The notes beneath the pieces were generated by a model, which had not been told where the DNA came from, did not search any database, and saw nothing but the letters and a program-made list of their open reading frames with translations. Below, piece by piece: positions 19,647 through 29,013 of a stretch of 64,000 nt of DNA. The stretch lies in assembly GCA_964642795.1 (NCBI GenBank), contig CAZXRQ010000001.1, forward strand, positions 3,288 to 67,287, written 5' to 3'. Each line of letters starts with the position of its first letter. Within the stretch, counting starts at the first letter, position 1. Origin of the DNA: an uncultured Oscillospiraceae bacterium (GTDB lineage Bacteria; Bacillota; Clostridia; Christensenellales; CAG-138). A program made the position numbers and the translations under genes.

Positions 19647-21095
19647 TTAGCGCAAAAGATCGTTCGTCGAATGCTTTTCCTTTTCCCAGTAAACGTCCAT
19701 CTCCGCAAGGGTCATATCTTTGGGCTGTTTGCCGTCTGACAGTATGCGCTGCTCCATGCGCTCAAACCGCGCGATGAATTTATCCGTCGCTGCGCGAAGA
19801 AGCAGTTCGGGATCCCGCTTGAGCAGACGAGCGACGTTGACCACGGAAAACAGCAGATCCCCAAGCTCCTCGTCGATACCGGAGGGGTCGCTTTGCTCCA
19901 TTGCGCGGCACAGCTCGTCCGCTTCCTCATATATCTTGGCGGAGGCGGCATTGGCATCATCCCAGTCGAAGCCGACTTGGGCAGCTTTTTTCTGCACCTT
20001 TGCGCTGCGCATGAGGGAGGGAAGACCTGCGGGGACCTCGTGCATTGCCTGCGACTGCGTAACGATGCGTTTTTCCTTCTTTTTAAGCTGCTCCCAGTTT
20101 GCCAGCACCTCGTCGGGGGTATTTGCGTGCGCGTCGCCGAATACATGTGGGTGACGGTATATCAGCTTGCCGACTATGCCTGTGTATACGTCGCGCAGAG
20201 AAAACTCGCGGCGTTCCTCTTCAATGCCGGCATGGAATACTACCTGTAACAGCAGGTCGCCCAGCTCCTCACACAGCGCGGGCATGTCCTCGCGGTCGAT
20301 AGCGTCCAGCACCTCGTAGGTTTCCTCTATGAGCGAGCTGCGCAGTGTCATATGCGTCTGTTCCGCATCCCACGGGCAGCCGCCGGGCGCGCGAAGCCGG
20401 GCGAGCACGGTATGCAGATCCTCCATGCTGAAGCGGTCGCGCTGCTCGTAACCGGCCATGGGTACATACAGTACGCAGGAGGAGCAAAGCCCGTTCTGCC
20501 TGTCCAGCTCGTGCAGCGGCAGTTCAACATGCATGTAGCTGCCGGCGGCGGGAAAGAACAGCAGCACGGGATGCTCGTCAGGATAGTATTCGCCCAGCGC
20601 AAGCTTAACTTCGCCGGCGCGGAGCGGGGTATCAAGCTCCTCTATGCAGAGCGGATAATCGGGCTGAATGTTTTGGGGAAGCTCGTTTGCCGTGCAGAAA
20701 AATATGCCGGAAACGGTTATACCGGCGCTTGCCAGCGCGGCGTCTGCAAAGCCGGTGCCGGGCAGCGCGATAAGCTGTACGCCGGCGGCGGAGGCGGCCT
20801 GAGAGATGGCGGCGTATTGGGCTGAGCCTACGCCGCGGCCGGGCACTGCATACACAGCGTTTTCCCCGCAGACGAGCCGTGCGGCGATGGCACAATTGAG
20901 CGCGTCGAAATCCTCGGACGAGGCGTACAGATCATCCATGGAGGTATATTCCAGTCCCGCTTCGATAATAAAACGCGCACTCTCATGCTCGGCCGTCTGC
21001 AAAAACAGCCTTGGCGCGTTGAGAACGGCCTGCTTTGCCGATTCACCTATGCTTTGGGGGGTAGACAGCGGTACTATTGTGAGTGTGCGCATCAT
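19647..21095 (-). CDS. mazG: YabN-type fusion: tetrapyrrole-methylase-like domain + MazG nucleoside triphosphate pyrophosphohydrolase
   Basis: The C-terminal half has tandem MazG motifs (EETYEVLDAI, EELGDLLLQVVFH, EEADEL, EELGDLLFSVVN). The N-terminal ~220 aa is methylase-like. ATGA overlap with the upstream flippase gene. Confidence 0.85.
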   Translation of the reverse strand: MMRTLTIVPLSTPQSIGESAKQAVLNAPRLFLQTAEHESARFIIEAGLEYTSMDDLYASSEDFDALNCAIAARLVCGENAVYAVPGRGVGSAQYAAISQAASAAGVQLIALPGTGFADAALASAGITVSGIFFCTANELPQNIQPDYPLCIEELDTPLRAGEVKLALGEYYPDEHPVLLFFPAAGSYMHVELPLHELDRQNGLCSSCVLYVPMAGYEQRDRFSMEDLHTVLARLRAPGGCPWDAEQTHMTLRSSLIEETYEVLDAIDREDMPALCEELGDLLLQVVFHAGIEEERREFSLRDVYTGIVGKLIYRHPHVFGDAHANTPDEVLANWEQLKKKEKRIVTQSQAMHEVPAGLPSLMRSAKVQKKAAQVGFDWDDANAASAKIYEEADELCRAMEQSDPSGIDEELGDLLFSVVNVARLLKRDPELLLRAATDKFIARFERMEQRILSDGKQPKDMTLAEMDVYWEKEKHSTNDLLR

Positions 21096-22696
21096 TGCTG
21101 TTTCCTCCCGTTAAATAACCGCGCAAGGCGCTTGCCTCCGGGTATGTATGCAAGCTCATCGCTTGAAAACATCCTGAGCAGCACCAGCAGCACGGCATAA
21201 ACTAAAACGCCGGCAACGACTGCACCTAAAGTAGCCAGCGAATTATGGCCGGATGCGTGCAGCGCATTATAGCACAGCTTTACTATGGCCCCCATGACTA
21301 AACTTGCCGCAAGCGGCTTGATAAAAGTATCAAACGGCTGTACGCGTATACTGGCCTTGCGGATAGTGTATATTGCGTCCGCTATGCCGGCAAACGCGTA
21401 GCATACCACGGTGGATACCGCCGCGCCCTGGATATTGATGCGGGGTATGTTCATCAGTATCAGCATGGTGACGACCTTGAGCACAAAGCCAATGAACAGA
21501 TTGAATACCGGCACGTTGGGCTTGCCCATGCCCTGTATCACACCGGTCATGGACTGCACGAGGGAAAGGAATATCACACCTACTGCAGCGGTACGCAGCA
21601 GCTCGCCTGCAAGCGCAAGCTCCTCAGCGGTAAGGTTGACGTAAAGCAGCGAAAGAATAGGCTCCGCTAATACGAACAGCCCCGCGGCACAGGGCAGCCC
21701 GATTATGAGAGCTAGCTTCATGCCAAGCCGTGCGGCAGTGCGCACGCCGGAGAAATCCCGGCGTGCCATCCCGGCGGATATCGCAGGAACAAGACTCATT
21801 GCAAGCGCCATGGTAAGCACGCCCGGCATATTGACCAGCGTTGTTACGTTTGTGCGCAATAGCGAGTAGGCTACCTGAGCGGTTTGGGTATCAAAGCCAA
21901 GGTTGGTAAGCGTGCGCATGATGAGCGCGCTGTCCACTATACCGGTGAGCGGGCTTATGGAGGCGCCTATGGTTATGGGTACCGCCATGAGTACAAGCCC
22001 TTTCAGTACGGGCGAGTTATTCTGCCTTTCGGGCGCCTCAAGCTGTGCGCCGAGACCGCGCCGCTTCTGTACAAAATAAAATACCATTATTACTATAAGC
22101 GCCAGCACCTCGGAAAGCATAACGCCCGTGAGCGCACCCATAGCGGCGTATTCAGGCCCGCGGGGCAGCAGCTTTATGGCGAGCGTAAGGCCTATGGCGA
22201 GCTTGCCGAGCTGCTCCACCACCTGGCTTATCGCAGTGCCCATCATGCGCTGTTTACCCTGCAGATAGCCGCGGAACGCACACATGACGGAAACAAACAG
22301 CAGCGCCGGCGCCAATGCACGGAAGGAAAGGTATGCCTTATCCAGCGTGGTGACGGCGGCTAACGCGTGTGCTCCAAAGTACATCAGCAGCGAGGTGACA
22401 ATACCTATTGCGGTAAGCAGCAGCAACGCAACGCGAAACACGCGGTTAGCGCCGCGGTTATCTCCTGCGGCGGTACGCTCCGCAACCATTTTGGATATGG
22501 CGGTGGGGAAGCCCGCGCTGGATATCACGAGCAGCCAGGCATAGTACGGGTAGACTACTTCATAGTAGCTCATACCTTCTTGGCCTACATAATTGGTAAG
22601 AGGTATGCGAAACAGGGCGCCGATTATCTTTACGATAAGTCCGGCGATAGCGAGCACCGCCGCGCCCTGTACGAATGACCTGCTTTTTCTCTCCAT
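21092..22696 (-). CDS. MOP-superfamily polysaccharide/lipid II flippase (SpoVB / YabM / MurJ-like)
   Basis: 534 aa with about 14 TM helices. N-terminus FVQGAAVLAIAGLIVKIIGALFRIPLTNYVG is typical of SpoVB/YabM. Synteny with yabN-type mazG matches B. subtilis yabM-yabN. Confidence 0.8.
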   Translation of the reverse strand: MERKSRSFVQGAAVLAIAGLIVKIIGALFRIPLTNYVGQEGMSYYEVVYPYYAWLLVISSAGFPTAISKMVAERTAAGDNRGANRVFRVALLLLTAIGIVTSLLMYFGAHALAAVTTLDKAYLSFRALAPALLFVSVMCAFRGYLQGKQRMMGTAISQVVEQLGKLAIGLTLAIKLLPRGPEYAAMGALTGVMLSEVLALIVIMVFYFVQKRRGLGAQLEAPERQNNSPVLKGLVLMAVPITIGASISPLTGIVDSALIMRTLTNLGFDTQTAQVAYSLLRTNVTTLVNMPGVLTMALAMSLVPAISAGMARRDFSGVRTAARLGMKLALIIGLPCAAGLFVLAEPILSLLYVNLTAEELALAGELLRTAAVGVIFLSLVQSMTGVIQGMGKPNVPVFNLFIGFVLKVVTMLILMNIPRINIQGAAVSTVVCYAFAGIADAIYTIRKASIRVQPFDTFIKPLAASLVMGAIVKLCYNALHASGHNSLATLGAVVAGVLVYAVLLVLLRMFSSDELAYIPGGKRLARLFNGRKQQ

Positions 22697-22895
22697 TAGG
22701 TATGCTCCTTAAGGTTGAAAATGTTTATTTTGTAATTATAGCATTTGCCGAAGCTTCTTGCCACTGTTTTGGCAGGAAGGTACGACGTCCGCCATACGAA
22801 GCCGTGAAATGGCAAAAAAAACGGTATGCCTGTGCAACAACCGCACATTTTATAGTATAATATCCTTGTACAATCATTATTACGCAGGAGACAGT

Positions 22896-24623
22896 ATGAA
22901 ACAGAAGTCTAGTTTGGCCCGCTTTGCAGCATATTATAAGCCTCATATGCCGTTATTCATGCTGGATATGGGCTGCGCGCTGCTCATAAGTGCGGTGGAT
23001 GTAGCATATCCTTTATTTTCCAAAATAGCCATTCAGCAATATCTGCCCGATGGCAAGTACAGGGCTTTCTTTATTTTTATTGCTATTGCGTTGACGGCTT
23101 ATGTGCTGAGGGCGCTTATGCAGTATGTTGTGACGGCGTTCGGTCATAAGCTGGGTGTGCTTATGGAAGCGGATATGCGGCGGGATGTGTTTTCGCATCT
23201 GCAAAAGCTGTCCTTCAGCTTCTTTGATAAATCACGCACGGGAGTGCTGATGTCGCGCTGCACCAACGATCTGTTTGAGATGACCGAGCTGGCGCATCAC
23301 GGCCCGGAGGATCTGTTCATTTCCATCGTAACGCTCACCGGCTCGCTGATAGTGATGTTTACCATAGAATGGAGGCTTGCTTTAGTGCTGGCGGTGCTTG
23401 TGCCGGTATTCTCCGGGGCTGTGCTGCTTATGCGGAAATGGCTTATGCGGGTGTCGGGCAACGTAAAGGCCGGGCTTGCGACCGTTAACTCCGATATAGA
23501 GTCGTCCATATCCGGAATGCGGGTAGCACAGGCGTTTACCAACGAGAAATACGAGATCGAAAAATTCGACAGGGGCAACCGTACCTACGTTAAATCCCGT
23601 CAAAAGTTCTATGTGGCTATGGCGAGTTTCGGCTTTGTTATGGAGCTGTTCACATCCGTATTGAGCGTGGTGGTGCTGGGCATGGGCGGCTATCTTATAA
23701 TGGCGCAGGATATGGATCTGTTGGTGCTGCTTACCTTTACCATGTATGTATCCAGCTTTACATCGCCAATCAAGCGTCTTTCCGCTTTTGCCGAGGTGTA
23801 CACTATGGGTATGAGCGGGTTTGGGCGCTTTACCGAAATAATGGATACCGAACCAGATATTGAGGATACTCCGAATGCGGCGGATATAGGCAGTGTGAAA
23901 GGCGACGTGGTGTTTGATCATGTCAGCTTTGCATATGACGAAAACGAAGAGGTGCTTGAGGATGTAAGCCTGCATGTGCCTACTGGGCGCACCGTTGCAC
24001 TTGTAGGCCCGTCGGGCGGGGGGAAGACTACGATATGCCATCTTTTGCCGCGCTTTTACGAGCCGCACGACGGAAGGATTTTGATCGACGGCAAAGATAT
24101 ACGCGGCCTCACGATGCACTCACTTAGGGAGAATATAGGCATAGTGCAGCAGGACGTATTCCTATTTGCGGATACCATCCGTGAGAATATACGCTACGGG
24201 CGAACCGCCGCCACCGAGCAGGAGATAATCGCCGCGGCGAAGGCGGCCGAGATACATGACGATATTATGGCGATGCCAGCAGGATATGATACGGTGGTGG
24301 GGGAGCGCGGGCTCACACTTTCCGGCGGACAAAAGCAGCGCGTATCCATTGCGCGTATATTCTTAAAGAATCCGCCTATATTGATACTGGACGAGGCGAC
24401 AAGCGCACTGGATTCCGCTACCGAAGCGAGAATTACTACCGCGTTTGACAGGCTGAGCAAAGGGCGTACTACGCTGATAATCGCCCACCGGCTTTCCACC
24501 GTGCGAAACGCGGATGAAATAATCGTGGTGGACAGCGGGCGCATAATAGAACAGGGTACGCACGACGAGCTGATCAGGCTTGGCGGCGAGTACGCGGCGC
24601 TGCATTCAGCGCAGATAAACTGA
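22896..24623 (+). CDS. ABC exporter, fused permease/ATPase (MsbA/type I exporter-like)
   Basis: Six TM helices followed by an NBD with Walker A GPSGGGKTT, signature LSGGQKQRVSIAR and Walker B ILILDEATSALD. AGGAGA RBS before ATG 22896. Confidence 0.9.
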   Translation: MKQKSSLARFAAYYKPHMPLFMLDMGCALLISAVDVAYPLFSKIAIQQYLPDGKYRAFFIFIAIALTAYVLRALMQYVVTAFGHKLGVLMEADMRRDVFSHLQKLSFSFFDKSRTGVLMSRCTNDLFEMTELAHHGPEDLFISIVTLTGSLIVMFTIEWRLALVLAVLVPVFSGAVLLMRKWLMRVSGNVKAGLATVNSDIESSISGMRVAQAFTNEKYEIEKFDRGNRTYVKSRQKFYVAMASFGFVMELFTSVLSVVVLGMGGYLIMAQDMDLLVLLTFTMYVSSFTSPIKRLSAFAEVYTMGMSGFGRFTEIMDTEPDIEDTPNAADIGSVKGDVVFDHVSFAYDENEEVLEDVSLHVPTGRTVALVGPSGGGKTTICHLLPRFYEPHDGRILIDGKDIRGLTMHSLRENIGIVQQDVFLFADTIRENIRYGRTAATEQEIIAAAKAAEIHDDIMAMPAGYDTVVGERGLTLSGGQKQRVSIARIFLKNPPILILDEATSALDSATEARITTAFDRLSKGRTTLIIAHRLSTVRNADEIIVVDSGRIIEQGTHDELIRLGGEYAALHSAQIN

Positions 24624-24630
24624 CGGAGGT

Positions 24631-26301
24631 ATGTCTAGTATGAAGTTCACGGTAGATGGGATGATCTGTGATATTGCCCAGGGCGAAAGCCTTGGCGCAG
24701 CAGTTAAGAAGCTTGGGATGGACAGCGACTCGCTGAAATTCCGCCCATTGGCCGCGCAGATAGGCGGCGAGGTTTTCAGCCTTGGATATGTGCCGTTTCG
24801 TGATGTTACGGTGCATCTGCTGCGATATGGCGAGGAGGCAGGGCGCAGGGTTTATGAGCGTTCGCTGCAATTCGTGCTGATAGCTGCGATGCGCAAGCTG
24901 TTCAAAGACGCCAAGGTATACGTGCGGTATTCGTTGGGCGCGGGGTTGTATATAACCGTGGATAAGGAGCCGGCGCTTACCGAGCAGGATGTTTTGGCTG
25001 TGGAAAGCGAGATGCGGAGGCTTGTCCGCCTTGCACTGCCGCTGGCAAGAAAGCGCCTTGGTATTGATGAAGCCATAAAGGTATTTGAGGATAACGGTCA
25101 GCCGGATAAGGCGCGCCTGCTTAAATGGCGCAAGTTCAGCTATTTTGACGTATATGCGCTGGAAGGCCATATGGATTACTATTACGGCGAGATGGCGCCG
25201 GATACCAGCTATGTGGATGTGTTCCGGCTAAAATATGTGCGCGGCGCCATAATGATGCTTATGCCGCGCAGCGACGAGCCGGATGTTCCCAGCGATTTTG
25301 AGGATTTGCCAAAGCTTGCGGACGTGTTCCGCCAAAGCGACGAATGGGGAAGACTCATGCACTGCGATACCGTCAGCGAGCTAAATACCAGCGTTAAGCA
25401 GGGACGCATACGCGAGCTTGTCCGCATAAACGAGGCGCTGCATGAGAGGGGCTATGCCGACATAGCTGACGAAATAGTAAAATCACACGCACATGCCGTA
25501 ATGGTGGCGGGGCCTTCCTCCTCCGGCAAGACCACCAGCGCTAATCGCATAGCCACGCAGCTTAGGGTGCTGGGGCAGGACCCCGTTATGCTTAGCCTTG
25601 ACAACTTCTATCTCGACCGCGACGCCATACCGCTGGACGAGCACGGCCAGCGCGATCTGGAACACATAAACACGCTGGATATACCGCGCTTCAGCCACGA
25701 CCTTGCACTGCTTTTGCAGGGCGAGGAGGTGGAGGTGCCAGTATTCAACTTTAAGACCGGCAAGCGCGAACTGACCGGCAGAGCGATGAGACTGCTGAGT
25801 GACCAACCGCTGATAATCGAAGGCATACACGGCCTTAATCCGCTGCTTTTGGGCGAAGAAGTTGCGCAGGACGCTGTGTTCCGAATATATGTGAGCGCGC
25901 TTACCACGCTTAACATAGACGACCATAACCGTATACGCACAACGGATGTGCGTCTGCTGCGCCGCCTTGTCAGGGATTACAATACCCGCGGGGCGAGCAT
26001 GGAGCATACGCTTTCAATGTGGCCAAGCGTACGACGGGGCGAGGAGACCTGGATATTCCCGTATCAGGAACATGCAGATATGCTGTTTAATACAACGCTT
26101 GTGTATGAGGTGGCGGTACTGAAGAAATATGTATATCCGCTGCTGGACGAAGTGCCGCCGGAGAGCCCGTATTTTGCGCAGGCGCGGGATGTTGTGAAGT
26201 TTTTGAACTATTTTCTGGATGCGGACGTCGAGGACGAAATACCGCCTACCAGCGTTTTGCGTGAATTCATAGGCGGAAATACATTCTACCGTGACGACTG
26301 A
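24631..26301 (+). CDS. Uridine kinase/PRK-family nucleoside kinase fused to an N-terminal TGS / ThrRS-SAD-like domain
   Basis: The C-terminal half has the P-loop GPSSSGKTT and PRK-like IIEGIHGLNP. The N-terminal ~190 aa resembles the ThrRS N-terminal TGS + second additional domain (tentative). Confidence 0.7.
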   Translation: MSSMKFTVDGMICDIAQGESLGAAVKKLGMDSDSLKFRPLAAQIGGEVFSLGYVPFRDVTVHLLRYGEEAGRRVYERSLQFVLIAAMRKLFKDAKVYVRYSLGAGLYITVDKEPALTEQDVLAVESEMRRLVRLALPLARKRLGIDEAIKVFEDNGQPDKARLLKWRKFSYFDVYALEGHMDYYYGEMAPDTSYVDVFRLKYVRGAIMMLMPRSDEPDVPSDFEDLPKLADVFRQSDEWGRLMHCDTVSELNTSVKQGRIRELVRINEALHERGYADIADEIVKSHAHAVMVAGPSSSGKTTSANRIATQLRVLGQDPVMLSLDNFYLDRDAIPLDEHGQRDLEHINTLDIPRFSHDLALLLQGEEVEVPVFNFKTGKRELTGRAMRLLSDQPLIIEGIHGLNPLLLGEEVAQDAVFRIYVSALTTLNIDDHNRIRTTDVRLLRRLVRDYNTRGASMEHTLSMWPSVRRGEETWIFPYQEHADMLFNTTLVYEVAVLKKYVYPLLDEVPPESPYFAQARDVVKFLNYFLDADVEDEIPPTSVLREFIGGNTFYRDD

Positions 26302-26360
26302 CCGTAGGATATGTGTTATAATCGCATTGTAAATATATTTTCATCTGGGAGGCTGAGCAT

Positions 26361-27089
26361 ATGGCAACCAAGGTTTGGGCGCATAGAGGGGCAAGCGCAT
26401 ATGCGCCGGAGAACACCATAGCGGCGTTTCGCATGGCGGTAGAGATGGGCGCTGACGGCGTTGAGCTGGATGTACACGAGAGTGCCGACGGCAAGCTGAT
26501 GGTAATACACGATGAAACCGTGGACCGCACCTCCAACGGCAGCGGGCGAGTGGTGGATATGACCTGCCAGGAGCTTAAGCAGCTGGATTTTTCAAACGGC
26601 TTTGATAAGTATGCCGGCGCGCGCATACCTACGCTGCGCGAGGTGTTCGGTCTGCTCAAAAACACCAACATAACGATTAACATCGAGATAAAGTGCGATG
26701 TGGTGGTTTATTGGGGCATTTGGGACAAGCTGCTGCAGCTTGAGCAGGAGATGGGCATGCAGGGGCGCATATTGTACTCCTCCTTTAACCACTATGTTTT
26801 AATGGAGCTTAGAAAGTCCGCACCGGACGCTAAGATAGGGCTGTTGTATTCCAACGCCATGGTGGACGCGTGGTTATATGCGCAGCACTTGGGCGCTCAG
26901 GCACTACACCCGCACTATCAGGTGGCGCTTCAATGCCCGGGCTATATCGAGGGCTGCCGCGAAGCCGGCGTTGCGATAAACGCTTGGACGGTGAACGATC
27001 CCGAGGCAATGCGTAAGCTTGCTCACGAGAATATCGGCGCAATTATAACCAATACGCCGGATGTGGCGCTGCGGGAATTGGGAAGATAA
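26361..27089 (+). CDS. Glycerophosphodiester phosphodiesterase
   Basis: GDPD motifs WAHRGAS..APENT, GADGVELDVH and VIHDETVDRTSNG. Confidence 0.85.
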   Translation: MATKVWAHRGASAYAPENTIAAFRMAVEMGADGVELDVHESADGKLMVIHDETVDRTSNGSGRVVDMTCQELKQLDFSNGFDKYAGARIPTLREVFGLLKNTNITINIEIKCDVVVYWGIWDKLLQLEQEMGMQGRILYSSFNHYVLMELRKSAPDAKIGLLYSNAMVDAWLYAQHLGAQALHPHYQVALQCPGYIEGCREAGVAINAWTVNDPEAMRKLAHENIGAIITNTPDVALRELGR

Positions 27090-27111
27090 ACAAGCGGTAT
27101 TTGATGTGAAG

Positions 27112-27348
27112 ATGAGGTTGATTACCGCAAGACGGATGATTACCGTTTTGTTTTGTTTGATGTGCGCCGTGCTGCTGTTCGGGAGCTTCACGAATCAATG
27201 GACGTGGGTGCTTATCGGAGTGGGTATGGCATTTGTTACCATTGCGTTCAGCTTTATATTTTACAGATGCCCGTACTGCAACAAATATCTTGCACGGAAC
27301 GATGGAAAGTATTGCCAACACTGCGGCAGCCGACTCGATGATGAATAG
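27112..27348 (+). CDS. Small membrane protein with C-terminal zinc-ribbon (CPYC...CQHC)
   Basis: 78 aa with two hydrophobic helices followed by CPYCNKYLARNDGKYCQHCGSRL. The RBS is weak and the start is uncertain. Confidence 0.45.
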   Translation: MRLITARRMITVLFCLMCAVLLFGSFTNQWTWVLIGVGMAFVTIAFSFIFYRCPYCNKYLARNDGKYCQHCGSRLDDE

Positions 27349-27357
27349 CAAAAGGAA

Positions 27358-27759
27358 ATGATCGCTGATATGGAATTGGGAACAAAGGGATATGCAGAGT
27401 GTACGGTAAACGGCACTAATACCGCAAAAGCAATGGGCAGCGGAGGGCTGGAGGTGTTGGCAACGCCTGCGATGATAGCGCTTATGGAAAAGGCGTCGTG
27501 CGAGAGCGTACAGCCGCACCTTGAACCGGGAAGCGGTACTGTAGGAACGTTTATGAACGTTACGCACGACGCGCCGTCGCCGGTCGGCATGAGGATACAC
27601 TGCACCAGCGAGCTTGTTGCGGCAGATGACCGAAAGCTGGTTTTTCGCGTTGCGGCATTTGATGAAGCGGGAAAGATTGGTGGAGGCGTGCATGAACGCT
27701 GCATCATCCAAAATGAGAGGTTTCAAAGCAGAGCCAATGCAAAGCTCAACAGCCAATGA
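27358..27759 (+). CDS. Hotdog-fold thioesterase (FlK/thioesterase superfamily)
   Basis: TNTAKAMGSGGLEVLATPAMIALMEKAS followed by the GTFMNVTHDAPSPVG pattern is typical of this small thioesterase family. Confidence 0.7.
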   Translation: MIADMELGTKGYAECTVNGTNTAKAMGSGGLEVLATPAMIALMEKASCESVQPHLEPGSGTVGTFMNVTHDAPSPVGMRIHCTSELVAADDRKLVFRVAAFDEAGKIGGGVHERCIIQNERFQSRANAKLNSQ

Positions 27760-27825
27760 TAGAAGCAGACAAAAAAACGGAGCCGCGCTTGCACTTAACC
27801 AAGCGGAGCGGACATTGATAAAGAG

Positions 27826-27858
27826 ACCTCCTGTCGCAGGATAAATACGACAGGAGGT
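27826..27858. terminator. Hairpin between convergent genes (probable terminator, weak T-run)
   Basis: 11-bp stem ACCTCCTGTCG (27826-27836) pairs with CGACAGGAGGT (27848-27858) around an 11-nt loop, followed by ATTTGCAT. Confidence 0.45.
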
Positions 27859-27979
27859 ATTTGCATGGGAGCACTATCTGGAAGCGTTATTACCTAGAAA
27901 GCGTTGGATAATGAAGGAACAAGGTTAAAACATCGAATGACAGAAAAAGCGCTTTTAGCGTTTTAGCATACAAAAAGGG

Positions 27980-28378
27980 TCAAAGTACATCCAGCGAGGC
28001 ATACAGGGATTCAAAGTCGCAGCACATATGGCGCACCGCAGGATGGTGATAAAATACGCAGGTCGCTGTACCGCCGCCGAAAGCCTCGGCGGATTCGCTC
28101 CAAAGTACTATGCGCTTATTATCGCAGGTGGCAAGCGCAGTACCAAGCTCTATATGTGTACCCTTTCCGCCGGGCAATAGTATTAGCACAAGCTCAGCGC
28201 CGGAAACGGCGGCTATCTCATTTGCGGAAACCTCGTTCATACGCGATTCACCCGCATTGCGCACGTCGCCGTGTAAAGTCCAGTCGTAGGCAGGGGAGTG
28301 TCCCAGCGCGCAAAGCCGGAGTATGACCTTGGCGGCGCGCTCGCGGTTTTCCAGTCCGGTTGCAACATAAAAGGTCAT
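27980..28378 (-). CDS. Nucleoside 2-deoxyribosyltransferase-like (NDT/DNPH1 superfamily) protein
   Basis: 132 aa. A Rossmann-like MTFYVATGL start and the motif LLPGGKGTHIELGTALA resemble the NDT-superfamily Gxx(E)xG segment. ATG 28378 forms an ATGA overlap with the tdk stop. The family call is tentative. Confidence 0.45.
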   Translation of the reverse strand: MTFYVATGLENRERAAKVILRLCALGHSPAYDWTLHGDVRNAGESRMNEVSANEIAAVSGAELVLILLPGGKGTHIELGTALATCDNKRIVLWSESAEAFGGGTATCVFYHHPAVRHMCCDFESLYASLDVL

Positions 28379-28959
28379 GCTTTTTCTCCGCGCAGTCCCG
28401 GACCGGGATCGCCAATGCGCCAGTGCTTGCGGCACAGACCGACGTATTTATCGTTTGCGCCCAGCACCACCTGCTCGCCTTCTTTGGCTATACCGCCATT
28501 GCCATCCAAACGGGCGTTGCATATGGCCTTGCGTCCGCACCAGCAGATGGTTTTTATCTCCTCGATGGTATCCGCGCGCGCCATAAGCCACAGGCTGCCT
28601 TCAAAGAAATTACCCTGAAAATCCGTGCGCAGTCCATAGCATATCACGGGCACGTTGTAAGCATCCACCAGCTCGCATAGCAGCTCGACGTCCGCTTTGG
28701 AAAGAAACTGCGCCTCGTCAATTATGATACAGTCATATTCGCCACGGCGTATTGCGCCGAGATCCATGCTGTGAAACAGCACACATTCATCCGAAAGGCC
28801 GCAGCGTGAGCTGATGGTATTTATGCCATCCCGAACATCAATCTCGGGCTTTACAAGCAGCGCCCTCTGCGCGCGTTCGCCATAGTTGTACTTTACCATT
28901 ATAGCATTTGCGGTTTTGCTTGAGCTCATTGCGCCATAGCGAAAATAAAGCTTTGCCAT
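28375..28959 (-). CDS. tdk: Thymidine kinase
   Basis: MAKLYFRYGAMSSSKT P-loop, IIDEAQF, and Zn-ribbon cysteines CWCGRKA...CRKHW. AAGGAGG RBS lies 8 nt before ATG 28959. Confidence 0.9.
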   Translation of the reverse strand: MAKLYFRYGAMSSSKTANAIMVKYNYGERAQRALLVKPEIDVRDGINTISSRCGLSDECVLFHSMDLGAIRRGEYDCIIIDEAQFLSKADVELLCELVDAYNVPVICYGLRTDFQGNFFEGSLWLMARADTIEEIKTICWCGRKAICNARLDGNGGIAKEGEQVVLGANDKYVGLCRKHWRIGDPGPGLRGEKA

Positions 28960-28974
28960 TGTTATATCCTCCTT

Positions 28975-28998
28975 GGAAAAGGGCCGCACAGGCGGCCC
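28975..28998 (-). terminator. Intrinsic terminator/attenuator between the nucleoside ABC operon and tdk
   Basis: The minus strand reads GGGCCGC-CTGT-GCGGCCC followed by TTTTCC. It sits in the 54-nt gap between the permease stop (29014) and the tdk start. Confidence 0.65.
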
Positions 28999-29013
28999 TA
29001 AACAGCAGTTTTA

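Noticed and set aside
27826-27858. The stem of this convergent-gene hairpin contains CTGTCG/CGACAG, the same 6-mer core as the inverted ends of the 57375-57580 insert.
   Set aside because: A 6-bp match is well within chance for a 64-kb window, and the flanking bases do not match the element ends. It is treated as an ordinary terminator hairpin.
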